Shown one piece after another: positions 36,037 through 48,363 of a DNA stretch of 64,000 nucleotides (positions within the stretch are counted from its first letter, which is position 1; each line of letters begins with the position of its first letter). The stretch is from assembly GCA_964187785.1 (NCBI GenBank), contig OZ076413.1, forward strand, positions 33,480,001 through 33,544,000, read 5' to 3'. The notes beneath the pieces were generated by a model. It ran no database searches. It saw only the letters and a program-made list of their open reading frames with translations, and had not been told where the DNA came from. The translations under genes were made by a program, and so were the position numbers. Source of the DNA: Amphiscolops sp. MND2022 (taxonomy: Eukaryota).

Positions 36037-38168
36037 TTTATAGGTGAAAAATGGGGTCCTCGGAAGTATTTGAATTCTTCGAAGAGGTATCTTAAAAATT
36101 GGGTTTGTTCACCAAAAGTCCCTAATGATTCAAATTATTTCATTCTTGCATCACTAACTAGGTATCAAGGTTCCTAGTTCCGTCAATACTCCGCTGAACT
36201 TGCTGAAATCATTTTTAATCATGTTAGTACATTTCCTGCATAAATCTAGAAAGGGCGGCAGAATTAAAGTCCGATCAATACTCATCTGCGGAGACATGGC
36301 GGCGTGATCAATTAGTCAATTTACGAGCTTAGGATTTTGAAGTTCAAGACAAAAGTATGACAAGCAAAAACGACAACGCTAACGAAACGGAAAAAAAATA
36401 TTTTTAGTATTGGATTGGCTCAAGCTATGAAAGACGGAAGGAAGAAATGATGCTAGAATCGAACTATTATTATTTAACAAAAAATGCCTGAGGACTGGCA
36501 ACACAAAGTTGAAAATGTCAAACATTAACAAACTGTTCACTTGAATTGTTACATTCTCAATTCTGCGAAATAACAACGGAAACCACTTAACAGGATTTGG
36601 AAAGATAATGATAACTGAACAGTGTTTTTTCACAGGAGGCAAAACGAAAACATCACGCTGTTTTACACCGTATGGGGGAGTACAAATCATATCATAAAAT
36701 TTGGTATTCAATAACATCATCAACACTTTTCAAAAATAAAATCCTGTTACGTAGATCAAACTAAAGTTAGACACTGCATTTTCAGATGGATAGTAGAAGA
36801 GTTGACACTAGTGTTACATTTTTAATTCTTCCTCAGAGTATAACTTTTGTCATGTATGTTTTAAACCTTAGGTCGTTCATGGTAACTTTTTTCCGAGAGA
36901 AAAGTCCCAAGCTTCTCTACTAATTTCCATTCCCTTTTTGCTACAATTTTACAATATGTTCCGCAATTGCTCCGTATGTATTAAGCTTAGGTATAGCCTC
37001 ACAATCTTACAATCTGCTCCGTAAGCGGCGCTCCGTACGTTTTAAGATTAGGTTTAGCTGAGTTACAGTTGACTGACAGTTATCGAAGAGCGTAGGCATT
37101 TTTTCTCTTCCTCTTAACTGAGCGGCGCCACACAATACGATACATATGCCGCAACGAACTAGCAAGATCTTGCTAGTTCGATTAACAGTAAAAAAAAAAC
37201 GCATTCTTATTTCAGATACGCGTTACTAGTTCTGCTCGTTACACTGTGTGATTTGGCGTTACGCGTAGTAATCAAAATACAGTAAATGACTCTAAACACT
37301 CTCTACAATTACGTAGCTTTGTTTGCAGTTATTTTTACTCACGATGTGTACCAAAATGTGACTGGTTTCCACTTTTCTCTAATTACGTACGCTCAATGAT
37401 CACAGTCCGCAGTTTCTGATTACACTGTGCATCACGATCCATGATGAACAGTGTGCACTCTTTGACTAGAATACGGTTCGCTCTCGTTTTTACGGAAAAT
37501 ACAGTTTACACTTGATGATAAATTCCACTTTTGCGGCATATGTATCGCAATGCAAAGGCGACGTTCTTATTGGATTGAGCTCAAATAACTCGGCTAAAGG
37601 ACAACGCTTTTGGTCCGTAAAAAAAGAAATTCCTGCTACTGGTTTTTTGAGCGACGCTGCCATAACGTTGTATTTATTTGCTTGAATTACTTGACTGTAA
37701 TTTAAGTGAATTCCAAAAACTAATTCTAATATTGAAAAACAATCCACTATACTACTTTGTATGTTCTTTTCTTTTGTATTGTATGATCTCCGTTGTGAAT
37801 GCGGAATTTGAATTGTTCCTAATGTTTCTTTTCAGGATATCAGAAGGAGAAATAACTTTTTTTTGAAACTTTGTTCATGTTTTAAAATTTAGATAAGTAT
37901 GGAGTTTCAGAAGACGAAACAGGAAATAAAACAATCGCGCGCAAAGTCGTTGGACCAGAATTTTTAGTTAGGTTGAGATTATTTTCCAAAAATACTCGTA
38001 GCGCGTACGTTCAAATTTTTTATCTGGAAAATTGTTCGTCAAACGTCTAGCTATACTGTAAGTAGAATTAATTTTTTTTAATTAGTTTAATTTAGCAATA
38101 TTTGTTATGTCAGTGTCCAAATGCTCTGGGTAGTCAAGGGATGCCGCAGCAACATGCAAAACAGCGAC
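35661..38168 (-). repeat. 5' LTR of element B (contains a 420-bp MITE)
   Basis: Direct repeat of 21894-24002. The terminal A of the CA end is mutated to T; the outer TGTCGC end is shortened. Confidence 0.85.
37133..37552. mobile_element. MITE with 22-bp TIRs inserted in the 5' LTR of B
   Basis: Absent from the 3' LTR (gcggcgccgcaaaggcg is contiguous there). TIR caatacgatacatatgccgcaa / ttgcggcatatgtatcgcaatg; apparent CA duplication. Confidence 0.8.
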
Positions 38169-39142
38169 TTGTGCAACTTTTAACTGACAGTCAATGTAAT
38201 GGATAGATTTATGTCGACATCAATTCTTTCATTGGAAAAAAATTTCAACCCAAATGGTGTCGACATAATAGCAATCGAACCTTCTGTCTTATTCAAGCCC
38301 CCGTAAAGTTCACAGTATAAACCCAAAGATGACAAAAGCTTCAATCCTTTACAGTATAATTCCACTTTGGAACAACACTCAGAAACATCTGTGCCTTTGC
38401 ACTTCCGTAATTGATTTTTAAAAGTTAATGGCTACGCAGCATTATTTCCACTGAAATTATTCAGCTGTTTCTATTGCAGTGTCCTAATGAGCCAATGTCA
38501 AGACTTCATTTTTTGGAAGTTTCTTTTCTTACAAAAGTATGTTCATTACTCCGAAAAGTGGAAAATTAGAGCATTCAGCAACTTTTTTCCCATTGAGAAA
38601 TTACTTTTCTCACATGAAACAATGTGTAAAAGGAAGCAAAGTTGCCAGTTTTTGATGATCTTGGTGTAGTGGTTTACGTGTTATGCCTGTCTCAACAAGT
38701 ATTTAGCTTGAAATCTAGGTTAATTCAGCGCAATTGCGATTGGAGTAAGCTCCTAATTACAACCGTAGCCACATGTTCAAGACAATGCGTCTGTTGGCGG
38801 AGAATAGAAACGTTAAATCTCAACCAAAGTCCGAATAATGAGAGCGACCGTCAATTGATCATGTGGCTGCAGCTAAGGTATTGTAGCTTTCTGTGCGGAG
38901 ATAGTACTGTGAAAGGTACCTTCTTCCAAAGTTGAAATTGAACCAATTCCGGATACTGCCTATATCGGGAATTGATTTCTTTTTTCATTAACAACCTCCG
39001 ACACTTTTATTGACCGTATTACATTTTTGCGTGAATACTGGTATCCACAAACACTTGGATACTTCGCGTACTCTTTGATAAAGTGTTCTTTTGATCCGCT
39101 TCTGCACAAACCCACCGTCGCTGAGCCTGTTCAAGAAACCTA

Positions 39143-39967
39143 GTAACTACTACCAGTCTTCTATGTGGTTTTTCTCGTTTTCTGTCAGTGCTTCGACAAT
39201 CACACAGTCGTTACGGTCTGACACTTATTCATCCTGGCATGTAGTTTCGCCTGCATCCGATGCTTTGGTCGAGGAACGGATTTTTGAAGAGCTTCGTCCC
39301 TACATATATTCGACCAATTTACATTAGTCATTTTCCAGCTAGAAATTGCTGTACGGTCAATGGTGCTTGAAACAATCAGGAGGCGACCACGATTCTATCT
39401 ATTCTTGAGTGAGCGAGATCGGCTCATCTTCAATGAGAAGCACAGGCAATGGTGATGAAAGAGGGGCGTGTCCGGTATTGGAGCCTCACGTGGGAATCAT
39501 TGGGTGACTTGATGGTCCATTGTCGTTCAGTTCATTCCATGTGGTACTAGATGGTAACTACTACCAGTCTTCTATAGGGTTTCCTCTTTTTCTGTCAGTG
39601 CTTCGACAATCACACAGTCGTTACGGTCTGACACTTATTCATCATGGCATGTAGTTTCGCCTGCATCCGATACTTCGGTCGATGAACGGATTTTTGAAGA
39701 GCTCCGTCCCTACATATATTCGACCAACTTACATTAGTCATTTTCCAGCTAGAAATTGCTGTAAGCTCAATGGTGCTTGAAACAATCAGGAGGCGACCAC
39801 GCTTCTATCTATTCTTGAGTGAGCGAGATCGGCTCATCTTCAATGAGAAGCACAGGCAATGGTGATGAAAGAGGGGCGTTTTCCGGCATTGGAGCCTCAC
39901 GTGGGAATCATTGGGTGACTTGACGGTCCATTGTCGTTCAGTTCATTCCATGTGGTACTTGATGGTA
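39143..39967. repeat. Tandem duplication, period 411 bp, two highly similar copies
   Basis: gtaactactaccagtcttctat starts at 39143 and 39554; the units are colinear with scattered substitutions. Confidence 0.92.
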
Positions 39968-40029
39968 TCTCTTATTCTTCATATCCTTCATATTCCCATA
40001 CTGGTTAATTCAAAATGTCTTCATCAACG

Positions 40030-42400
40030 TAATGCTCTGATCATGTCGCGACCAGGGGGTGAAGTTGAAATGTCGTCTCCTAATACGAGTCGCTTGTGGT
40101 CAAAGCAACTGAGATACAACTTGTTCGTCTTGACTGTTTGCAAATGGTGCTTGTGCCAGTCTTTTCTCATGTTTATGGTCCTGTAGGACTATCCAGTTTT
40201 GGATATTCTTTATGAATAGGTTAGCTCCTTCCAGGCGATTTGTAGAGAAACTCATCATTTCACCCCGACAAACTCTTTGATTGGCTCGGCTCTGTAATTT
40301 GTTTTGATTTTGAGTGTGAACATTGCATTATCACCGTTAAAGATGTGTTCTTTAGGGTAATTGGGAAGGTCAAAGTGCATGCAGAGCTCATCATCAGTTG
40401 CTATAAGTACATTGAAGTCTGTGTTCAATCTCATACAACAAAGACTCTGAGTCAGAGAATAACACGAAGCAGTTGAACTGCGTCTTCGTTATAATGTGGT
40501 ATAATTTGACCTTGTGGACTTTGACCAAGTGTAAAACAGACTTTTCAAAAACTGTTGGTTTTTTCCATAGGATGGATTTTTTCCTTGGCGAATTAGCTGC
40601 AAGACCTTAGCTGCAAGACCTTAGCTGCAAGACAATCAATGAAGATTTTTAGCTAACAAACGAATGGGGTGCCTGTTCTCCTCGAATTACTTTCGCTGTT
40701 ATGTGCAAGCTGAACAATGAGATTTTTGTTTGCTCTCGAGTGTTTTCCCGTAGCATGGGTTTTTCAATAATTTGAAAAAACTTCGAATTTGTTTCGAGAA
40801 AGTCTTTTCTTGTCCGTGTTCAGCTGCTTTTAAGACGTTAATCGATCTGACTGCCTGAGTTTCAAATCTCGATGGATTTTTGTCACATCCATGCCGAGAC
40901 TAACATCCTGTTTAAGTGTTATACAGTGCACTGTAGAGTGCTTATCAACAAATGGTTTTGAAATCAACTTCTTGTTTCGGCTATAAGGTCTGGACTTGTC
41001 CATTAGCCCTATCAGCTCTTTGCATTTTCTCGGAAAGCTTCGAAAAAAATTGCTCCTCTATGGAAACCAGCGGCGAGCTTTCATTCACATCATGCAGCTT
41101 GTTGGGATAAGGTGAATCATATTCGCCAATGTATCTTTCTTCTGAATCATTGGCACTGGCAGTGTCCAATTTGTCTTCCTCCAAAGTGTCATAGGAGTTT
41201 GAGTTATGCTCGGTCACGTACCTGTTGCTGTTTTTGAAGAGCTGCTTGCCAAAAAGCGAATCAACACCACATTCTATCATGTTCTCCGCCATTTGCAAAT
41301 GAGAGCGATGTGTTAGAATCTAAATATCCGCTCAAAAAATCCCCAAAGTAGCCAAATAAAAGCCGGCAGGTTAGGTAATTGGCGCTGTCCAAGTCAAAGA
41401 TTTTGTAACAAAAGGTTCGAAGTTCTTCCAGCACGCACGCATGAAGTACAAATCATTTTATGTGCCCAAATTGCTGCACATAAATCGTTCAAAGACTTCC
41501 ACAGCTAGATTCCATTCATGTTCAAGCATCATTATTACACTTTTCCGAAATTACATTTTTCCGAAGTGAATCAACTGTTTTCTCGATGATGGCTTTTCGA
41601 ACTTGATAGAATTATAGAAGTAGGAGTAAGGATAGTATCTTGCCTGATGCAATAGTCCCTTGTCTGATTCCGGGTAGTCATCGAAGCAACTGCCGAGTAT
41701 CTTGGAATAGACAGCTTTCTTCAACTAGACAGCTTGTCAGTGGTTCCAGTGGGCAAGCAATAAACCTGAACGAGTCAATGAAAGGCAAATACGCAAACAA
41801 AGTTCTTGTCATCCAGTGTTTGTCTTAGTAATTTCTCACTGGTACACCGATCGTCAACGTGGCGTATTGCTCATCAGTAGTCTATACCACGCCTACTTTG
41901 CAACCAAGTTGGAGCTTGTGAATGTGTAATGTGGGCTTTCCCAGAATGTGGGCTTGTCCCCGGTACGAAAATGATTGTCTTCCTTTTGAGATTGCATTGT
42001 GGATGCACGAATCCAAGAAACTTCCCAGGGTAACAACGATATTCAATTATCTTGTCGTCCTCAACGTATCTAGTTTATCCAATACAACTAGGCCTTTCGG
42101 GTACTGAGTGTCGTGCAATCGCTTCAAGTGCTACCACTAATTTTTCCATGCAGGTTTCAAATAAGGTTCCCATGCTCATTTTCAATAGTACAGTAGCGAT
42201 TTAGATGACGAATTGGTGTGATACATGTTTGTGTGCTTTGCATTGTGATAGCCAACAGCTGATTGAATGACTGATTCCAGATCGAAATAAAGGACATAGA
42301 TGCAAATCACGAGGCACCTATGTTGGTGAGCATATTTTCTTTTCTTAAGGCTTTGGCATTTTGGCTAGTGCAAGCAACTGTTTCGATGCCGTTTGTAAGT
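40030..42400 (-). pseudogene. Decayed Polinton/Maverick-type protein-primed DNA polymerase B
   Basis: Motifs in the expected order across broken frames: DDKIIEYRCYPGKFLGFVHPQCNLKRKTIIFVP (~42050-41960), FIDSFRFIACPLE (~41780), VLFSDSESLLYE (~40470, degenerate SDTDS), EPIKEFVGVK, NKLYLSCFDHKRLVLGDDIST (~40100). Confidence 0.7.
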
Positions 42401-42629
42401 GCCCTCAATCCTGTAAAAGAAGGAACAGCATCTACAGAGAACTATCTGATATAGTGTTGTTGATTCTGCAACATTTGAAATTGGTTAAAGTAAAATCCAA
42501 TACAAAAGAATAGAGATACCCTAGTCCATCATTCACCAGCAACCGGTCATTTTCAAGGAAATTGTCTTTTTCTCGAGTGACTTACAGGGCAACCAGTTGC
42601 TTTTTAGTGAATTTGAATACGTTGACATT

Positions 42630-43035
42630 CCATGAAAATTGATATGTGGCAACCTTCTGGGTTGGTAGATGTGTTGATAAAGTGTTCTTGTTGTGGTGAT
42701 TGTTCGGGAAAATGGTTTGTTGGAATAATTTTAGTAATTGCTGGTAGCTCGGAATACATTATAGTACTTTATTGGTCACTGTTTGGCTCTGTAAACATCT
42801 GTAAATACCTGTAGTCTCTACAGATCTGTACTGATCGCTGCAGAAAATTGTTTCATCATTATTTTGATATAAATGAGACTTCTCTCCAGTTTTAAACATT
42901 TTAATTATTCGTTTGATATCGCTGTGGGGTTTTTATTGTGTTTCTGAGTGGGTCATTTTTTTCGAATCTGCACACATCTGCAAAGTTCTGCAAAAATCCT
43001 GCAGATCTGCACAGGTTAGCAAAGATCGAAAACAT
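42630..43035. repeat. Uninterrupted (empty-site) copy of the target repeat
   Basis: gaaaattgata-tgtgg-caaccttctggg is contiguous here (TGTGG at 42645-42649); colinear with 1719-2140 and 21488-21883. Confidence 0.85.
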
Positions 43036-43366
43036 GTGGAAACAAACTAAAGACGCAGATGATCGATTGGTATATTTCCGGACAATTAGGCTATAGAACG
43101 CAGGATCAAATCACGGCTTCTCTAGTCGTTTGTGCGATTCACTGAAAACATCCGTTTAATGGTTCCAAGTCGTCGTCGCAAAATCTGGGGTGCAATTGCT
43201 CCCAATTGACAGTAATTTAATTTCACATAAATGGTAACGATCAACTTTCTTTTCAAAATTGAGTTTCAAAATAAAAAAAAACTATACAATCTGACTGGTT
43301 GATTCTTTTTCAAAGCACTCTTTCTTAGAAAGTCCAGACTTTAGTAGTGACTTTTTGGAAGATACT

Positions 43367-43822
43367 TCAGGCAAATTGCCATGGGTTCGAAGTTTGCCCT
43401 TGGGACGAACTCTTTTGTAAACTCATCTTAGCATCTATATTGGTTATGCCTGATTGTGCTCCCTGTCTCACAACCAAAAAAAAGCATTGTTGGTCTCCTT
43501 GGCTCTCATTACAGCCCCATTGGTGACCATTCGTTGGCCATAACACTTCGAAGCAATTGGGCATTAACAATTTTTACCAATAATTGTAAATTTTTCTAGG
43601 AAAGACAATATTATACACACTAACCGTCATTGTGAAGAGAGTGAAACGGCGTTCACTTTCAACGTGCACTTTATCAGTAGAGTCTCTGAGGAAACGAGGG
43701 AACTCGTTACTCAAATCTAGCAGGTTTGCCCATGGTCCGGTCAGTTCATACCTATTCAGTGTTGTTACATATGCCGTGGGAAGGCAGAGTGAACAAATTA
43801 TTGCAAATGGTAGTAATTCCAT
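43367..43822 (-). other. Possible host gene fragment or pseudogene with a signal-peptide-like start
   Basis: MELLPFAIICSLCLPTAYVTT is hydrophobic; possible gttagt donor; downstream Cys/Trp-rich frame. No family recognised. Confidence 0.2.
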
Positions 43823-45120
43823 CTCAAACAGCCGTGGATGAAATATGAAAACAAATATCTGAGAAATGTTTTAAATTTCAATTAACTTCCTGTCGCTTTT
43901 GATATTGATATACCTTCTTAGATCTATTTTTGCAATATTGTTTTGCTTGTGTCGGTTTTTAATTTGTTGGAGATTTCATTAAATTTTCAATCTATTGACA
44001 TGAAAGCTTTTCATCGGTAATTTGCACGCTCATCTGTTATAAGATCTATAATTATATTTGATAACGACTTGATCAAATTTGACAAGAAAGATGAAACGAT
44101 TTGCAAGAAAGATGAAACGAAAAAAGATCATTGCATAGTCAATGATAATGTCACGAAAACCAACCATGCAGTGATATTTTTAGATTATAGGCGCCATTAA
44201 GTCCCTTTGATGTCAGCAAAAGCTATCTCTCGGAATGAGTGTTTCCTGTTTCTAACTGAGCGGCATTTCTAGCAGCTCACTTCACAAAGCAGAAGTTGCT
44301 ACCATAAACAAAGTAAATTGATACGAAATGATCAAGAAGACGTGGCAGAGGAAAACCAAACATTCAAGAATCGTGCAAGATCTTTTCCAAAGCACAACAT
44401 TTCAGGACAGGGGTTGTTTCACGACACCTTTCCTGAAATTGTTTTCCTTACCAGATACTGTACCTTTAATAGGAAAAAATATCCTTGCAAAGTTCTCACA
44501 AAGAGACACGACGCTGAAAAAATTCTTCCAATTGGTAATCTCCAGACACATCACATCAATTGCCAACAGCATACTGTCGTTTTTAGTTTTCTTTAGACGT
44601 AAGGTCAACTTTTTCGTTCATGTGTTCAACTTGACCAGAACATACCGGAAGCGTCAAAACCTCAACCTCATCCATCCAAAAGAAAAAATCGACGTTCAGA
44701 ACCTCGAAAACAAACTAAGTATCACCACTTTGGCTATCTTGGTGTTTTTAACTCGGCACAATGAGACGTTTTTCGAAAATCTTTTGACTGAACCAAAATG
44801 TCCCCTCCTTCATTTTTTTGATATTTTGCAACAGAATGGATTTTAAAAAATCTCAAAGGGTCCCCCCTTTACGATTTTTCGGCACTATGAGACTGTTCAA
44901 AATTCTCACCTTCCACTTTTTTCCAAAAACTTTTTGATGTCCCTAATTTCTTGATGCCCCCCTTCAATTTTTTTGCCATACGTTTTTGTCAACATATAAA
45001 CACGGAAAGGGAAAAAAATTCGCCCAGAAATCGGTTTTTGCGGTACACTTTTTGTTACAATTTTTCAAAATACCTTTAAGAAATTGCTATATGAAAACAA
45101 TTTCTTACAGAAAGGCAATA

Positions 45121-46709
45121 CACCATGTTCGTTTTGTTTATGCAAGTGAAAATTTTGAAAGACCTTCTCAATAGAATAAGAAAAACACTATTATGTTTAA
45201 AAAACACATTTTATTTGAACGAATCATAAGTATATATAAAGCAAGAGAAAACAGATAACTGTATTTCCCTCCAAAATACAAAGCTAAAAAATTAAACTGT
45301 TCTTTTTGTTTATGCAAATTCATTTGCTATCGATAGAAAACGATTTTTTTCCGAAAGTCGGGAAGTACAATTACCATAAAGTAATTGTATCGCTGACTAT
45401 ATAAAGAATCCGAATCAGTTCTTTATATAGTCACCGTTCAGGCGTATCACTTTCAATAATCTTTTATCAACTGAGGAGGTCAGTTTTTAAATTACGTTTG
45501 GGTCAATTGCCTTAGCAGCATTGACAATCGCTCTCCACAGATCGTTCTTTGAATGAAACTGCTTGTTTTCCGCATGAACATTTCATTTCTTTTCATGATA
45601 CCCCAAAAGTTTTCAATGGGATTCAAAGCCGGTGATGCTGGTGGCCAGTTCATTAATCGTGACTCAAATATGCCAATACTCGCCAGATATGACATAGAAT
45701 TTTTGGCAGCATGCGAAGGTGCATTGTCATGCATGAAAACCAGCGATTTTTTCTCATTCGGTGGTGGGCCGTGGTACCATGGTTCAAATTTTTTTGCCGT
45801 AAGAAAAGTTGGTAGGAATTGGAATCCATTTTCATTCCCCCATTTTAACCCTATATGGTCCTACTACCTTGTTATACACAATACCGCCTCAAAACAATAC
45901 TCCGCCACCACCTTGCTGGCGACGTAGCCTACGTGGAATTTCAGTTGCGGTAAGCAGCGACCCTCTACAGAAGCCATCTGGTCCATCTAATGTGGCCCGA
46001 CATTCATCGGTAAATAAAACTCGTTGGACATAAAACATAGAATCTAGTTGCACGTCTTGTTTCGCCCATGCTACACGTTTTGATCTATGCACTTCAGACA
46101 GAGTATGTTGGCGAATTGATTGAACTATTTTTCCAATTGTTGATAGAATTTTACATCTAAGTGTCCGACCACTGTTTTAGATGCCAGCTTCACAAAATAA
46201 TTTTCCACTGGTTGAAAACGGATTTTGCTTCAATTTTCGTGCCAAAAGTGACTTGCTCCTTTCTGTAACTTTGCAAATTCTCCTTCTCCCATTTGTACGA
46301 ACTTTGGTAGAGTTGATAGCAATTGATTTGTTGGTCCGATGATTTCGCTGGACGTCTTTGGCGATTTGCAATGTTGATATTCCTTTCCCAAGTAAACGAA
46401 CAATAGAATCGTTTTCAGACGATGTAAAATCTTGTTTTTCGCCCATAGTAAAAGTTTCGGATAAATAACTTCAATAATGGTTTAAATAAATGTTCATATA
46501 GTAAAGTTGCTAAAACAAACTGAGCACTTAAAAACTCAATTTGCATAAATTCATTTCCTGCCTTTTACCTAAAACACGTGAAAACAATTTCATGCTTTAA
46601 AAAAATTTAAGCATGCAAGATGTGTTTCAATACGTTGAACTTTTTCGTTACAGACTGAAGCTACATTTCTTTTATCAGTGACAGTTGCATAAACAAAACA
46701 AACGTACTG
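45121..46709 (-). mobile_element. Tc1-like DNA transposon of DD37E (TRT-type) family, 1589 bp, decayed
   Basis: TA flanks (45119-20, 46710-11); 28-bp imperfect TIRs (23/28 match); transposase motifs inside. Confidence 0.9.
45492..46446 (-). pseudogene. DD37E Tc1-family transposase, with stops and frameshifts
   Basis: VLFTDECRATLDGPDG, RRQQGGGGV, MHDNAPSHAA and WPPASPALNPIEN; 37 residues counted between the second D and the E. Confidence 0.9.
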
Positions 46710-47379
46710 TAGTTTTTAGCAATTGACATCTTAAAAACAAGTTTTTTTGAAGTCTTGGGTTTTATTTAAATAATTAGTTTTAATTTGGTCTCACTACCAA
46801 AAATTTGAGCTATATCTTTTTACCTTGAAAAGCTATACTTAGACTATTGAAATTAATCAAATTTGGCTCCAATTTGGGGTTTTTTATATCATATTTTCAA
46901 ATATATTTGGATATAAATAAATCTTTGATTAGTATTTCAGGTCTCTTTTTATGATATACATTTTCTTCTTAATATACTATCTACATACAATTCAAAAATA
47001 TTTCAAAAATTTTATGTACCATATAAAACCATTTGGTCCGAATCACGGGATTCCATCAGTTCAAAAGTTCTTTGAAAAAATAAGGGATTCACTTTAAAAT
47101 TTTTCAAAATAGTATTTCGTACTAATCATAGGATTTTTAGGGAGACCCAGGAATCAAAAGAGACTAGACTTTTTTGCGCAATCCATGAGATTAAATCGAG
47201 GGGCAGTTCTAATTTTGCGGAATTTAAGATAGCTAATTGCATCCAAGAGGGTTAAATGGCTCAATCAATATTTCCGTGGAATCCGAAATTTGATTGTGCG
47301 GAAACTAAGGTTTTCTTGCTTTTCCCAACATCAAAGGATGGTCTTTTCTTAGATTCCGCAAACATCAAAGAGATTGGAA

Positions 47380-47461
47380 TTTCGTAAGCGCGTCTTGGAT
47401 TCCGCAAAACCTTGTCCTGGTTACCGCAAAAAACGCGTAAAAAACTTGTCTATGCACTGTA
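47380..47461. repeat. Right end of a MITE related to the 26720-26922 element
   Basis: aaaacttgtctatgcactg-TA resembles aaaagcttgcctgtgcactg-TA, and the internal aatttcgt..ggattccgcaaaa is similar. The left end was not found. Confidence 0.4.
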
Positions 47462-48363
47462 ATGGAAAGCGACTACTAAGTACAGTGTTTAATTGTCTTT
47501 TAAAAACGACTTGATAACATTTGCGCAGCTACTGAACTGTCAATCAAAAACGCTCCAGCAAAGACCTCCCAAAACAATTATCATGGAGTTTATACTGATT
47601 TGAACAGTTGGTCGAAACATTGAAGTGTCACAAGTTTTTCATCTTGTTAAGATTCGCTTTCAGAACGAATACATCTCAATAGGCTCCTTTTCAAGGAATC
47701 CATGGTCGTCAAGACGCAGAAAGAAATTGCTAGGACCTTGACCAAATATGCTAGCAAGAGGGTAAAGCAGGGTTTACTACCTCTAGTTTTTGCCTTTATT
47801 CCATTCACTACCAATGATGTACTGACTCTATGATGTTCATCCTTTGATTTTTTGTCTCGAAATCATTCGTTCGAACTCGATTGTTACGTCTTTCTCGTTT
47901 ACAAGTCTGGGTTCTTTTTGTTTGTTGTGAATATAAATATTAGAACAGAAGGACTCAATGTCATACAGGAACGTTTTATCATGCAGAAAGTTGGAAATAT
48001 AGGATTTAATTGCACTTCCTTCACACTACTTCGTCTTATGCAGTCGCGCATTCTTGATTGGAAAACCAACACCTTCAACTTGAGTCACAAAATACGTTCA
48101 AGTAGAACATAATCACCCCCAAAATGTGTGAAAATTGTTTTGTGCAAACTCAAAACTATTCCCAAAGAAATTAATTTCCGGTTCTGAAGAAAGATTTCAT
48201 TTTAATTCAAGCCAGTTCGAAAAGGTTGAAGAACGAGAACAGAAAAAGTTCCAGATCTACAATGACTGCCCATTTGGACCACCAACGAAAAATCATAAAA
48301 AATGAAAGTTGATGATTCATAGAAACACTTCAGTCATGCAAAGACCATACTCTTCCGGTCTCG

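Larger units (their letters stand above)
21894..38168 (-). mobile_element. Giant Ty3/Gypsy LTR retrotransposon B (~16.3 kb), decayed
   Basis: Paired LTRs (21894-24002 and 35661-~38168), PBS, PPT GAGAGAGGCCC, PR-RT-RH-IN order. The outer end of the 5' LTR is eroded and no TSD could be resolved. Confidence 0.88.

Noticed and set aside
38161-38185. 5' flank of B (gcgact-tgtgcaac) as a third insertion at the TGTGG target site
   Set aside because: The resemblance is only ~8 bp. Downstream sequence does not follow the repeat and the left flank (aatgat) gives no matching TSD.
47500-48130. Possible host exons or further PolB fragment (NFLHDKTFLYDIESFCS...)
   Set aside because: No family could be recognised and no consistent splice or frame structure was found.
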